From Squalus acanthias (Eukaryota), in the NCBI GenBank assembly GCA_030390025.1, contig CM059432.1:79052001-79116000 (forward strand): a stretch of 64,000 bases of DNA. Reading direction: 5' to 3'. Position 1 is the stretch's first letter. The number at the start of each line of letters is the position of its first letter. The notes beneath the pieces were generated by a model that was not told the origin of the DNA, ran no database searches, and worked only from the letters and a program-made list of their open reading frames with translations. Both the position numbers and the translations under genes were made by a program. Positions 1 through 13,216 of this stretch are shown here, piece after piece.

Positions 1-2655
1 TCTCACATTGAACAACTTCTCCTTTGACTCCACTCATTTCTTCCAAATCAAAGGTGTTGCTATGGGTACCCGCATGGGTCCTATCTATGCCTGGCTTTTC
101 GTGGGATATGTGGAACACTCTTTGTTCCAGTCCTACTCGGGTCCCCTCCCTCACCTCTTTTTCCGGTACATTGATGACTGTATCGGTGCCGTCTCCTGCT
201 CTCGCCCTGAACTAGAACATTTCATTCACTATACTTCCAATTTCCACCCTTCCCTCACCTTCACATGGTCCATCTCCGACTCTTCCCTTCCCTTACTCGA
301 CTTCTCCGTCTCCATCTCTGGGGATAGGTTATTGGCTAACATTCACTACAAGCCCACTGACTCCCACAGCTACCTGGACTACACTTCCTCCCACCCAGCC
401 TCCTGTAAGGACTCTATTCCATTCTCCCAGTTTCTCCGTCTCCGCCGCATCTGCCCTGACGATGCCTCCTTCCATACCAGTGCTTCCGACAAGTCTTCCT
501 TTTTTCTCAACTGAGGATTCCCCTCTACTGTGTTTGACACGGCCCTCGACCGTATCCATTCTATCTCCTGCACTTCTGCCCTCACCCCTGCCCCTCCCTC
601 CCGGAACCACGATAGAGTTCCCCTTGTCCTCATCTTTCACCCCACCAGCCTCCACATTCATAGAAACATGGAAACAAAGAAGATAGGAGCAGGAGTAGGC
701 CATTCAGCCCCTCGAGCCTGCTCCGCCATTCGATGAGATCATGGCTGATCATCCAAACTCAGTACCCTATACCTGCCTTCTCCCCATATCCCTTGATACC
801 TTTAGCTTTAAGAAATATATCTAACTCATTCTTGAATATATTTAATGACTTGGCCTCAACTACCTTCTGTGGTAGAGAATTCCACAGGTTCACCAATCTC
901 TGGGTGAAGAAATTCTTCCTCATTTCTGTCCTAAATGGCTTACCCCTTATCCTTAGATTATGACCCCTGGTTCCGGACTCTCCGACCATCGGGAACATTC
1001 TTCCTGCATCTAGTTTGTCCAGACCTGTCAGAATTTTATATGTTTCGATGAGATCCCTCTCATTCTTCTATACTCCAGCGAGTATAAGCCCAATCGACCC
1101 AATCTCTCCTCATATGTCATTCCTGCCATCCCAGGTATCAGCCTTGTGAATCTTCGCTGAACTCCTTCCATGGCAAGAACATCCTTCCTCAGATAAGGCG
1201 ACCAAAACTGCACACAGTACTCAAGGTGTGGTCTCACCAAGGCCCTGTACAACTGCAGCAGGACATCCCTGTTCCTATACTCAAACCCTTTCGCTATGAA
1301 GGGCAACATACCATTTGCCTTCTTCACTGCCTGCTGCACCTGCATGCTTACCTTCAGTGACTGGTGCACAAGGACACCCAGGTCTCATTGCACTTCCCCT
1401 TCTCCCAATCTATTGCCATTCAGATAATAGTCTGCCTTTCTGTTTTTGACACCAAAGTGAATAACCTCGCATTTATCCACGTTATATTGCATCTGCCACG
1501 CTTCTGCCCACTCACCCAACCTGTCCAAATCATCCTGGAGTTTCTCAGTATCCTCCTCGGAGCACACACGCCCACCCAGCTTTGTGTCATCTGCAAACTT
1601 GGAGACATTACATTTAGTTCCCTTATCCAGATCATTAATGTATATTGTGAATAGCTGCGGTCCAAGGACCGAACCCTGCGGTACCCCTCTAGTCGATCAT
1701 CCTCCGCCATTTCCGCCACCTCCAGCGTGATCCCACCACCAAACGCATCTTCCCCTCACCTCCCCTTTCAGCATTCCGTAGGGAGCGCTACCTCCGCGAC
1801 ACCCTAGTCCACTCCTCTACCACCCCCAGCACCCCTTCCACTTCGCCCAGCACCTTCCCGTGCAAGTGCAGGAGATGCTACACCTGCCCTTATACCTCCC
1901 CCCTTCCCACTGTCCAGGGCCCCAAACACCCCTTCCAGGTGAAACAGCGATTTAAGTGTACTTCCTGCAATTTAGTATACTGTATTCGCTGCTCACGATG
2001 TGGTCTCCTCTACATTGGGGAGACCAAACGCAGATTGGGTGACCGCTTTGCGGAACACCTCCGTTCAGTCCGTAAGGGGGACCCCGAGCTCCCGGTGGCC
2101 TGTCACTTTAATTCTCCGCTCCAGTCCCACTCTGACCTTACTGTCCTCGGCCTCTTGCATTGTTCCATGGAAGCTCATCGTAAGCTCGAGGAACAGCACC
2201 TCATCTTTCGTTTAGGCACGCTACAGGCCTCTGGACTCAACATAGAGTTCAACAATTTCAGATCATTATTTATATATATATATATATATTTTATTTTTTC
2301 ATCCACCCTTTTGTTTGGCCCCTTTTTTTCTTCCCTCCCTGAAGCTGGCAGCTGTCCTTCATTCCGCCAGCGCATTTCACACTTCATCTAGCCTCAACCT
2401 GTCACATTACCACCTCCTCTTGTCTTGAATATCTCTCAATGTCTCTTAATCTCTCCTGCCTTCTATACTACCACTGACCTTCCCTTTTGTTCTTTCATCC
2501 CCTCCCCCTTTTCCCAGCATTATACTTGCTTTAAATCTATTTCATTTCCTGCTTTTTTCCAGTTTTGACGAAGGGTCTTCGACCTGAAACGTTAACTCTG
2601 TTTCTCTCTCCACGGATACTGCCTGGCCTGCTGAGTTTTTCCAGCGTTTTCTGAT
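1..2655 (+). mobile_element. Penelope-like retroelement (RT C-terminus, GIY-YIG endonuclease, terminal repeat), interrupted by a CR1
   Basis: The RT segment reads GVAMGTRMGP...FFRYIDDC...YKPTDSHSYLDYTSSHP (8-514). The GIY-YIG segment reads NLVYCIRCSRCGLLYIGETKRRLGDRFAEH (1939 onward). The terminal repeat with a hammerhead-like motif is at ~2560-2655. Confidence 0.92.
661..1694 (-). mobile_element. CR1 LINE 3' fragment nested in the Penelope element
   Basis: Minus-strand CR1 RT C-terminus (WQMQYNVDKC, LVRPHLEYCVQFWSP, FFTQRLVNLWNSLP) with a microsatellite-type tail at ~661. Penelope sequence resumes at ~1695. Confidence 0.92.
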
Positions 2656-4096
2656 GTTTCAATCCTCCTTGGATATTGAAGTGGTGCCAGAGCACAGGAG
2701 GATTGCAAATGTTACACTCCTGTTCAAAAAAGGGGAGAGGGATAAACCTAGTAACTACAGGCCAGTCTAATATCAGTGGTGGGAAAACTACGAGAAAATT
2801 GTCACGGATAAAATTAATTCTTGCTTGGAGAAGGATGGGTTAATAAGGGACAGTCTGCATGGATTTGTTAAAGGCAAATCGTGTCTGACTAACCCGATTG
2901 AGTTATTTGATGAAGTAATAGAGGGTTGGTGAAGGTAATGCAGAAGATGTATATATGGACTTTCAAAAGGCATTTGACAAAGTATCTCATAACAGACTTA
3001 TTCATAAAATAGAAGCACATGATATTAAAAGGGACGGTGGTAACCTGGGTATGAAATTGGCTAAGTGATAGGAGGCGGAGAGTAGTAGTGACTGAATGTT
3101 TTTTTGACTGGAGAGAAGTATGCAGCGGGGTCCCCCAAGAGTTGGTATTAGGACCATTGTTTTCTTGTTATATATAAAAATGACCTGGACTTGGGTATAG
3201 GGAGTATAATTTCGAAGTTTGCAAAAATACAAAACTTGGCAACATAGTAAATAGTGAGCATGATAGTAGCAGACTTCAGGAGGACATAGACAGACTGATG
3301 AAATGGGCAATCACATGGCAGATGCAATTTCATGCAGATAAGTGTGAAGTGATGCACTTTGGGAGAAACAACATGGAGAGTCAGTATAATATAAATGGTA
3401 CTATTGAGGGAGGTGCAAGAAGAGGGACCTGGGAGTAGATATTCACAAATCTCTGAAGGTGGCAGGGCAAGTTGATAAGGCGGTTAAAGCATATGGGATA
3501 CTTGGCTTTGTAAATAGAGGCATTGAATACAAAAACCAAGAAAGTCATGCTAAACATTTACAAATCTCTGGAAAGGCCTCAGCTGGAGTATGGTGTACAA
3601 TTCTAGGCACTACAGTTTAGGAAGAATATCAAGGCCCAGGAAAGGGTATAAAGGATGTTTTCCAGGATTATACCAGGGATGAGGGACTTCAGTTATGTGG
3701 AGAGATTGGAGAAGTTGGGATTGTTCTCCTTTGAGCAGAGAAGGTTAAAGGGAGACCTAACAGGTATGCCAAATTATGAGGAGTAGGGAGAAACTATTTC
3801 CTCTGGCAAGTGGGTCGGTAACCAGAGGGCACAGATTTAAAATAATTGGCAAAAGAACTAGAGGGGAAATGAGGAGAAATTTCCTCACACAGAGGGTTAA
3901 GATCTGGGACGCACTACTTGAAAGAGTGGTGGAATCAGATTCCATAGGAACTTTATAAGGCAATTGGACTTGAAGAGGACTAATTTGCAGGTTTATGGGG
4001 AAAAAGCTGGTGTATGGGACTAAACTGGACAGCTTAAAGAACTGGCATAGGCATGACGTGCTGAATACCTCCTTCTGTGCTGTAAGATTCTATGAT
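2656..4096 (+). mobile_element. Degenerate CR1 LINE
   Basis: CR1 RT nucleotide motifs (gcatggatttgttaaaggcaaatcgtgtctgactaac; tatggactttcaaaaggcatttgacaa) and a 3' tail ...gtaagattctatgat. Many frameshifts. Confidence 0.88.
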
Positions 4097-4984
4097 ACTT
4101 TAAACAGAAAGCAGTTAATACTGAATTATTGTGACATAACTGAACTGCCTTTGTAAGCTCTTATTTATTTCATCAACTAACCCGATCAAGTAAACATCTG
4201 AATAGACAATGTTTTGGTACTACTAACTATGATTAGAAGGTTAATAAACAATTGCTAGTTCATGACTTTGTTGCCAAACTTCTTCGATAATTGGCAAGAA
4301 AGGGTTAATTCACTCAGTAGCTTCTGTGGATTCTGATAGAAGGTTGGTAACATAAATGCTAATATAATCTGAACTAGTTGATGCAAGATAGCTCAGAGAG
4401 CTAAATTTAGGCATGATTAACTCCTAGGTATAAACTGGGTTTCTTGACGAAGAGTTAAGGTGATGGTTAAGGTTAAGGTTTCATCTGGTGTCCTTGGTTA
4501 ATATTCTTGTCAGGGTATCGACCTCAGTGTTCTTGCACTCTCCTGATGTTAATTAGCTCGTTCTCAATATGCACAGTAATGCATCCAAGCCAGTATCCTT
4601 TGTGATGCCATCACCACTTTCTGTTCAACTCTTATCCTTCCTTCTCCAATTTTATGCTCTCTCATTTTAGGTCTATAGAGAAGAACATTTGGGAATGAAC
4701 CTTACACATTCAACACAGGTAAGGATTTGAAATAAGTGCATTAAACTATTTTGGAGGACCCCCTCTCCTCCCCTAGCAGAATTTGGCTGTGATGGGAAAA
4801 ATTATATTTAGTTCCGTGTCACTGTCAATCCTTCTAAATATAAATGAGATATTTGGAAAATAATGATCCACCTATGACATGCCGGAAAATTTCCAAACCT
4901 TACAGTTCTTTTGAAAATACTACACTGCAAAATATTGCAACTTTATCACATTACAATGGGAAATGGTACAGGGTTGTGTAAAAG

Positions 4985-7676
4985 TAACAGATTCCCGGGG
5001 AGCCGCCATGATGCTTTCATCCTGATATCTTTGGATCTACAAGCAGACTTGGAGGGGTGGCTGCTAGGAGGCAAAAGGATACCCCTTCAAATTTGGTTGA
5101 TGACACCCGTGAGAACCCCAACTAACAAAGCCCAAGAGCGGTATAATAAAAGCCATATGCCCACCAGATGTGTAATTGAGTAAGCGATCGGCATGCTCAA
5201 GATGCGTTTCAGATGCCTGGACAGATCTGGAGATGCCCTTCAGTACTTGCCAGCCAGGGTTTCCAGAATTATCGTGATGTACTGCGCTCTGCACAACACT
5301 GCACAGCAGCGAGGACTGGAGCTGCAGGAGGAGCAAGGCGCAGAGCATACATCGTTTGCAGACGAATCTGAGGAAGAGGAAGAGGACGACACCAATGCAG
5401 CACCAGCTGCTCACATTGCTGCCCAGGTGCCAGGATTCCCTTATTACTGCAAAATTCACTTAGTTACCACCACTGGACCGATGTAACTACCATATCCAAT
5501 CTCCACCCCCACCCCCCCCAATCCCTCAATGCCACCGACACAAAAATAGACCTGCAAACAACCAAACGCCCATTGCACATGCTCCCATTGGTCCCCGTCA
5601 ATTCATGTCATCCCATTCATCAACAAGCAACTGGAAAGGAGAGTTGCCACTCAGCAACCAAGAAATTGTCCAAAGTAATAAATTATATGCGATTCTACTA
5701 AGCAACAGAAACTTCACAACATAACATTTTCTCATACACCCTTGGTGAACTACAAAGCTTTACTCTTCCTTTTCCTACCACTCCTACATAGTGTAACTCT
5801 TGCGCCTTCAGCAGAGGTAGACAGGCAGCTCAGATCCTATTTGCCAACGACCTCTGGGTTTTGAAGCCCGCGAGGGCCCCACCAAAGACTGCTCCTACTG
5901 TACAGGGGCAGACTCGGCCATCGGGAGGAGGCAGCATGTTGGGTACTGACTGAGGGAAGGGCAACGGGTGAGAAGAGGGAGCGCTTTGAGTGAAGTCCCC
6001 ACTTCCATATCCCTTTTCGCCATCATCCCTCTCATGGGCCAGCCACACTTCATTGCTACCACTCTGCTGGAGAGCAGCTTGGTGCAGATCAGTGATGCAC
6101 TGCAAGGCCAAGGCTAAGGTATCATCCTATTTAAGGCGCCAGCCATGTTAGCATCCAGAGTCTGAACGGCCGTGGTCAAGGCATGCATGGACTCACTTGA
6201 TTGCCGCAATTGATGTTCCACAGAGTTGGTCACTCTATCTATGCAACACAACATCGTCATAATGCCCCGCGGCATCAACGCACTCATGCTTGAGGCGGAC
6301 TCCTCCATTCCCTCTGCAATCGTGGACAGTGTGCTTGGAAGACCTGCCAATACATTGCACATTTTCTGCTGCCCCTCAATGATTATCCTTTTCATTGAAG
6401 GCCCCCAGGGTACAGCATCTGTGTCCAGCTGAGCAGAACTTGGCGAGGGCTGTGCCCTCAGACGCAGACTCTCCACAGCTGTCCCTGCCACCACTGTCTG
6501 CTCTTGCTCACTTGTGAAGCATGAATCACCAGGTGAAATCGCAACTATCTGCCTAACTGGACACACCCAAGTGCAAGAATCTGAGCTGGTGCATGGTAAG
6601 CATTAGTACTGTGACGGTGCACCCTCAGAAGGAATCAGCTCCTCTGAGGATTTGTCGTCCAAGACATCCACTGACTGCTGCTGCACGTGTGAAGGCCCTG
6701 GTGGAGAGAGCAAGGCAAGAATGTTGCAACTTATCATTATGAAGATGATCATCTTTCACTCACTGCTGAAATCAAGTCAACATAACTGAGTGTTGTATGA
6801 CATGTGTGTGGATTATATTTGATTCCGTCACCATGTAGCTGGGAGGTCCCCCTCTCTGCTGGCCAGGGACACCGAGACGCCACTCATTTCCAGTGCTTCC
6901 TCCTCACCAGTTATGAGATCTGTGAAGGACCACCTCTGACTCTCTCCTTCTCCCTTGTGTTTTGCGCTCTCGTATCTTGCAATGGGGGAAAGAACAGACT
7001 TATGAGTGACTGTAATGGATGGATGGATGAAGTGCATTTGCTGAGGGTGACTATCAGGGAGAGGCAAGAAATTGCATAAGGATAAGGGTGAGTGGCAGAT
7101 GGATAGATGGGGATGTAAGGAAGTGCACAGACAGGGAATGATGGGTGCACCTTCAAGGTAAGTGGCCATGAGGAGTGATGTGATGGCTCTTCCTCACACC
7201 CACTTGAAAAGGCAAAGTGGGGTGGGGGATATGTGCATAGCAGGATGTAGGTGAATGCGCAACTGTACTCAGCTTTCCTGACCTGGTTAGGTCATTAAAG
7301 TGCTTCCTGCACTGAAGCCAGGAGCATGGCACAATGCTCCTGCTGCTAACCTCCTAGGCCACCCATCCTCCACACCGTCTTTGTAGCAGCAGGTTTCTTC
7401 CTCCCGTTGCTGGGGAAGAGTATTTCTATCCGGCTTCTCACTGTCACAGCAGTACATCAAGGGAGGCATTATTAAAGCAAGGCGCAGCCTTTAACCGTCA
7501 TGAATCTATTCTGAAATTTCTTCCAACGCCTCTAAATTCCATCTTTAGATTGGCCCTTTAAATACTGGTGTACAGATCACGTCATGCGGCTTCGCACCAC
7601 GCCCGCTACTTATTTCCGGGTTTCCCACCCGATATCCAAGCCGCTCCCAACGCACCTCGCAGTTAATATCGGGGCT
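4985..7676. mobile_element. PIF/Harbinger DNA transposon remnant (transposase on +, Myb/SANT-like gene on -)
   Basis: Plus strand: FPGSRHDAFIL...GWLLG...WLMTP...YNKSH..TRCVIE*AIGMLKMRFRCLD...CALHN (HARBI1-type DDE C-terminus). Minus strand ~7270-7495: APCFNNASLDVLL..VRSRIEILFP...W...VA*EVSS...WLQCRKHFNDL (Myb/SANT-like). Candidate right TIR aatatcggggc at ~7665-7675. Confidence 0.88.
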
Positions 7677-9179
7677 ATAGTTTCATTAAATGCAACAATG
7701 TTCCCGGAGGACGGATGCGCAGAGACTCGACAAGTTGTTCATCGAAAATCAGCTTCTATGTCTACTACTTTAATCTTATCAACCATTGCTTTAACCTAGG
7801 TTTCTCAATCAAAAAAGCTACTTTTTCCTAACAATCTTTTGAGAACAGTGAACAACAGGCCAATTGTGAAGCTACATTGAAAGACCTAAACTAACATACA
7901 GTATTAAATGGTCAATCATTTTACTATAGCCTTCACTCTGCAACATCACCTGCCTAAACCCCTCAGCCTAATCTATTCTTCAATGTCGATATAAACACAC
8001 ACACGTACTGTATTCATTTCACTCACATTAAAAAAGTACTTCCCCATCAATTACGCCCACCAATGACCAGACTTTAAACAATTAGAATTGTTCTTACAAT
8101 CATAGCCATGAAGAACACAACCAATTTCTTTGTTCTTTTCAGAAGATGCCATATCATGTTAAGTCTACCTCACTTATTTTGTTATAACTTCAAAAAAGTT
8201 TATATTATTTTCTGTTTACACACAGGTAATAAACAAAATACATAGTGGATCTGCTGGAAAAAAATGTTTTATGTAATAGCAGATGCAACTACACACACAA
8301 GAAAAATATTCAGCATGTCTCTTGAACTATTTAGTTTTCTGAAACAAAAATTCATAGCCTAGTTAAGTTCCTGAAAACAATTCTACATTTTTACCTCCTG
8401 AATGGAGCAAATTTTTCCAGAAATGTGAAGTTGTTACTGAAAATATATAACCGCCCAGCAAGTCTTATGCAGTATCATTCTGTGTTGCATAACTTAAATA
8501 TTCTACTTCCCACTCAACCTTATGAAATGGGTTAGGGAAAAAATCTCCACATAATCTATGATGGAATTTGAAATTCTCAAATGGAAATGTTTTCATATAT
8601 TTCACTTTATTGTTGCTCCTGATCTTGTGCGCTCCTTGCCTCCCAACAACTGCTCCTCGGACCAGCTCCCTCAGCTGCACTGATCCTGTGGAGTTACCCC
8701 TCACCCTCCCATGGCTCCCTGGACTTCACAACTCATGGTCCTTAGCTTTCACTCCCATTGCCCCTTGTTCCTCTGCTGGTATACCAAATCCAAACGGTGG
8801 GCACTAACATCGGAGGCTACGACACATCTCCACTGCACCCATGGATCAACCTCCCTCCCCACAACTGTCTCCAAAACCTGGACATTAGTTTATTATGTTC
8901 CACCTTGTCCACAAGTCAAATTCTTCCCACCACAGGACCTCAGACTTTAACTCTGGACTCTTTCTTATCGTCTCCTCCCTGCCCTCAGTTTACAACCAGA
9001 GGATGTCTCTCCCAGTCTCTGCTATACCTACGTAACCTGAAATTTGTGTATCCATTCACGTGCACATTTTTGCAGCTGCTCCAGACCCAAGCCCATTACT
9101 TCCATCTTGCTTTTCTGGCCCCTCTCGAGCCCTTCCCTCTCGTCTCCTCCCCTGCTGTCATTTAGTCATACCACTTTCA

Positions 9180-10162
9180 ATTCCCTCTTCAGGTAATTTC
9201 CCGTCAAGCCCTACCTCAACCCATTTGATGTGGTTGAACATGCCATCTTCCTCTATCATCTAGTTCCTGGGACTGCCTTTGCATGGTTCCATTCCTACTT
9301 ATCAGCCAGTAGCTCTTCAGCAATGCCTTCTTTTCCCTGCCCCACATTGCCACCTCCAGGGTCTACCAAGATCTATCTTTGGTTCTTTCCTCTTCCTTAC
9401 CTACATGCTGTCCCTCAGTGACGGCATCGCAGGCATGGAGTCAAACTTTTATATGTATGCTAATAACAGCCAGCTCTACCTCTCAAATTACTTATCCTGA
9501 ACCCTCAACTGCTTCCATGTTGTCAGACTGCTTGTCCAACATTCCAGAATGAGTCACGACCTCCTCCAACTAAAGGTTGGCAAGCCATTGTCTTGAACCT
9601 ATGCCAAAAACTTCACTCCCTTGTCCTCAACTCCATCCCCCTCATTGGTCACTATCAGGCCAAACTAGACTATTCAAAATTTTTGCAAAACAGAGCGTTA
9701 AACTCCACATCCTATCCATCACCAAGACTGCTTACTTCCACAACACTGCCCACTTTTGACCCTAACTCAGCCTTTCCGCTGCTGAAGTCTTTATACGTGC
9801 CTTTATCGCTTCAACACAACTACTCTCAACATTCACCTCCATCCTTTCTATCCTGCACTGGCTCGCAATCCCCAAATCCTTGTCCTTATTTACAAATCTC
9901 CATCCTATCTCTGCAATCTTCTTCAGCCTTATATCCCCTCCTGAATACCCTGCTCCTCTAACTCTGACCTACTATGCATCATCATCTCCCTTTGCCAGGA
10001 GTTCTACTCTGCCTCCCTAAACATCCATGTCACTACTTCCACTTTTAAAAAACAGCTCAAACCCCATCACTTCTTCTTATCCCTCTAATCGCTTTCTTTT
10101 TGGCTTGAGCCCATTTTCATTATGCCCATTTGTGAAGTGCCTTGCAAAGTTTTTTTTACATT
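9180..10162 (+). mobile_element. Highly degenerate L2-like LINE 3' portion
   Basis: Homologous to the better preserved copies at 38515-39730 and 49110-54255 (ctacatgctg..., cagctctacc, ttgtcagactgcttgtccaac, tail tgtgaagtgccttg). Confidence 0.75.
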
Positions 10163-10167
10163 AAGGA

Positions 10168-10590
10168 GTCTTGGCTCAGTGGTACCACTCGTGCCTCCAA
10201 GTCAGATGGTTGCAGGGTCAAGTCCCACTCCAGAAACTGAGCACATAATCTAAGCTCCCTCTAGCCCTGAGGGAGCGCTGCACTGTCAGAAGTGCCATCT
10301 TTCAGACGAGATGTTAAATCGAACCCCCTGTCTGCCCCCCTCAGGTGGACATAAAGACCCCATGGCACTATTGAAGAACTACAGATAGCTCTCCTGGTGT
10401 CCTGGAGAGCATTCATCCCTCAACCATTACCACCAAAACAGATTACCTGGTTATTTATCTGTTGCTGTTTGTGGGACCTTGCCGTGTGCAAATCGGCTGC
10501 AGCTTCCTACATTACAACAGTGACTACACTTAAAAGTACTTAATTGGCTGTGAACCGCTCAGGATGCCTCATTAAGGTCGCAGTCGCACA
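10168..10590 (+). mobile_element. tRNA-derived SINE with Deu-type central domain (SacSINE1/AmnSINE1-like), near full length
   Basis: A-box TGGCTCAGTGG and B-box-like GGGTCAAGTCCC. The central gagggagcgctgcactgtc...caggtggacataaagaccccatggcact and a 3' ttgctgtttgtgggaccttgc...ttggctgtgaa tail are recognisable. The family name is from recall. Confidence 0.8.
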
Positions 10591-11469
10591 ATTGTAATGC
10601 TTTATTTTACTTTTGAAAAAAGTAGTGATTCCACAAGATTTACAGTTTTCAATTGCAGTTCCAGCTATTGTAAGAAAATTGTTAAATTGATTAGAATTTC
10701 AACTTAAAGATGCACTTTAAAAAGAAAAAGTGGCTTATGAGCACTTTCTCAGTAATAGATTGAGACAGATAACAGCATCATAACTAGTTGCAGAATCTGT
10801 AGAACAGATTCAAGCAATGCCATTCAAGGTCAGCAATAAAATACACAACTAGATTATTGCTAGAAGTACATGGCAGTTGTCTTTACAAATAGCATTTATT
10901 CAATAAGAAAGTTTAACAAATCAAAGTAGTCATATTTTAAGCAGTGATTTTTAATACTTGCACCTTGCAAACCACTAAACTGTTACATTAATGGCCACTG
11001 TGGTTATCTTATGCAGCATAGCACCATCTGGTGCTTACACAAACAAAGTTCGGAGTTTACACAACACAGCAAATTTTGAGACATTTTAGATTATAAAGAT
11101 TTGGGAAAGAGCACAAGCATTGCATGAGTTATTGTTCAGAAAGTAATGGACTCAAACAGTAATTCCAGACAAGCTAATTTTTAGTGAATATTTACTGATT
11201 ATACATTATTTTCAAGGTAAACAGAGAAAGCAACAAACTAGGGAAAATGATAGGAGCAGCATGGGGCAAGGACAACAGAAAACGAAGAAAAAGGGGGCAA
11301 GGAAAAGAACAGACAACTCTAGATCAGACGAAACACGTCACAAAAGACTAAATTGCTTGATGGTTTTGCTATACCTCAAACCAAAACCCACTGCACACTA
11401 CATTCCCTCCTATGTTCTCCAGTCTTTTGATTCTGGTTCCCTGTGCAATTCACGACACACCATTTTTTA

Positions 11470-13115
11470 GTGACAGAACCTCAGGGAATTATAGACATAT
11501 TAGTCGAACGTCTGTTGTGGGGAGGTTTCTAGAATCTGTCATTACAACAACAACAAGTATTTATATAGCGCCTTTACGTATTAAAACGTCCCAAGGCGCT
11601 GCACAGGAGTATTATAAGACAAAAAATTTGAAACCAAGCCACCTAAGGAGAAATTAGGGCAGGTGACCAAAAGCTTGGTCAAAGAGGTAGGTTTTAAGGG
11701 GCGTCTTAAAGGTGGAAAGAGAGGTAGCGAGGCGGAAAGGTACAGGCAGGGAATTCCAGAGCTTAGGGCCGAGGCAACAGAAGGCATGGCCTTCTGTTAT
11801 TAGGGACAGAGTGACTGAGCACTTGGACAAATATGAACTGATCAGAGAGCCAGCATGGATTTGTAAAGGCTAAGTCATATCTAACTAACCTAGTTGAATT
11901 TTTTGAGGCGACTGACAGGGCTGATAAGCAAGTGTCTATAGATGTTATTCGTATGGACTTCCAGAAGGAAGTCAATATGTTCTACACAAGAAATTGTTAA
12001 CAAAATTGAAAATGTGTGGAATTGGAGGCAACCTATTGACATGGGTAGGGAATTGGTTAGGACACAAGAGACAAAGAGTAGCGATATTGGGTATGTACTA
12101 ATTGGCAGGGTGTGACTGGTGGTATCCCCCAGCTACCTGTACGGGGACCTCAGCTTTTAACTACATTTATCAACGACTTGGATGAAGGAAGAGTCGTATA
12201 TCCAAGTTTGCTGATGACATGAAGTTGGGTGGCACAGTAAATAGTATAGATAGAAGAAAGTTGCAAAGGGTCACTGATAGATTAAATGAGTGGGAAAAAA
12301 TGTGGCAGAGGAACTTCAGTGTGGGAAAGCGTGAGGTCATCCATTTTGGACCTAGGAAAGATAGTTCAGAGTATTTTCTAAATGGTGAAAAGTTAGGAAC
12401 TGTGGAGGAGCAGAGAGATTCAGGGATCTATGTACAGAAATCACTAAAAACTAGTAGACAGGTACAAAAAAAATCAAAAAAGGCGAATGGAATGCTAGCC
12501 TTTATCTCAAGGGGGCTGGAATACAAAAGAGGCAAAAAGTTATGTTACAGTGAGATAAAGCTCCGGTTCGACCCCATTTAAAGAACTTCATTCAGTTCTG
12601 GGCACTGCACAGCAGAAAGGATATACTGGCCTTGGAGTGGGTGCTGCACAGATTCACCAAAATGCTAATGGAGCTCAAAGGGTTAACTTATGATGACAAG
12701 TTGCATAGACTAGGCTTGTATTCCCTCAAGTATTGACGATTAAGGGGTGATATAATGGAGGTATTTAAGATGATTAATGGATTTGATACAGTGGATAAAG
12801 AGAAACTATTTCCTCTGGTGTGGGAGTCCAGAACAAGAGGGCAAGATTTTAAAATTAGAGCTAGGCTGTTCAGGGGTGAAGTCAGGAAGTACTGCTTCAC
12901 GCAAAGGGTGGAAGTAGTCTTGATCTCTCCCCTGAAAAGCTGTTGCGGCTAGATGAATTGAAAAGTTCAAACTGAGATTAATACATTTTTGTTAAGCAAG
13001 GGTATTAAGGGATATGGAACCAAGGCGAGTAAATGGAGTTAAGATACAGATCAGCCATGATCTAACTGAATTGCAGAAAAGGCTTGCGGAGTTGCATGGC
13101 CTACTCCTGTTCCTA
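11470..13115 (+). mobile_element. Degenerate CR1 LINE with a nested L2-like 3' fragment (~11542-11790, minus)
   Basis: CR1 motifs (KFADDMKLGG, KKANGMLAFISRG, 3' gcctactcctgttcct). The insert acaacaacaa...tttatatagcgcc...ggcaacagaaggc matches the L2-like tail seen at 38515. Confidence 0.85.
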
Positions 13116-13216
13116 ATCAGACAAAATTGAATGCCGAGCCAAAGATGATATTAGCAGGGGTGACGAAAGCTAGGTCAAAGAGGTTGATGCCAAAAAAATT
13201 CTTCAAAATAATATTA

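Noticed and set aside
4911..7495. Domesticated HARBI1/NAIF1-type host genes
   Set aside because: Both reading frames contain stops and frameshifts and the transposase 5' part is missing, so this is a dead transposon.
10168..10240. tRNA genes at SINE heads (also 18958, 19812, 43782, 56398)
   Set aside because: A and B boxes are present but there is no complete cloverleaf, and most continue into SINE bodies.
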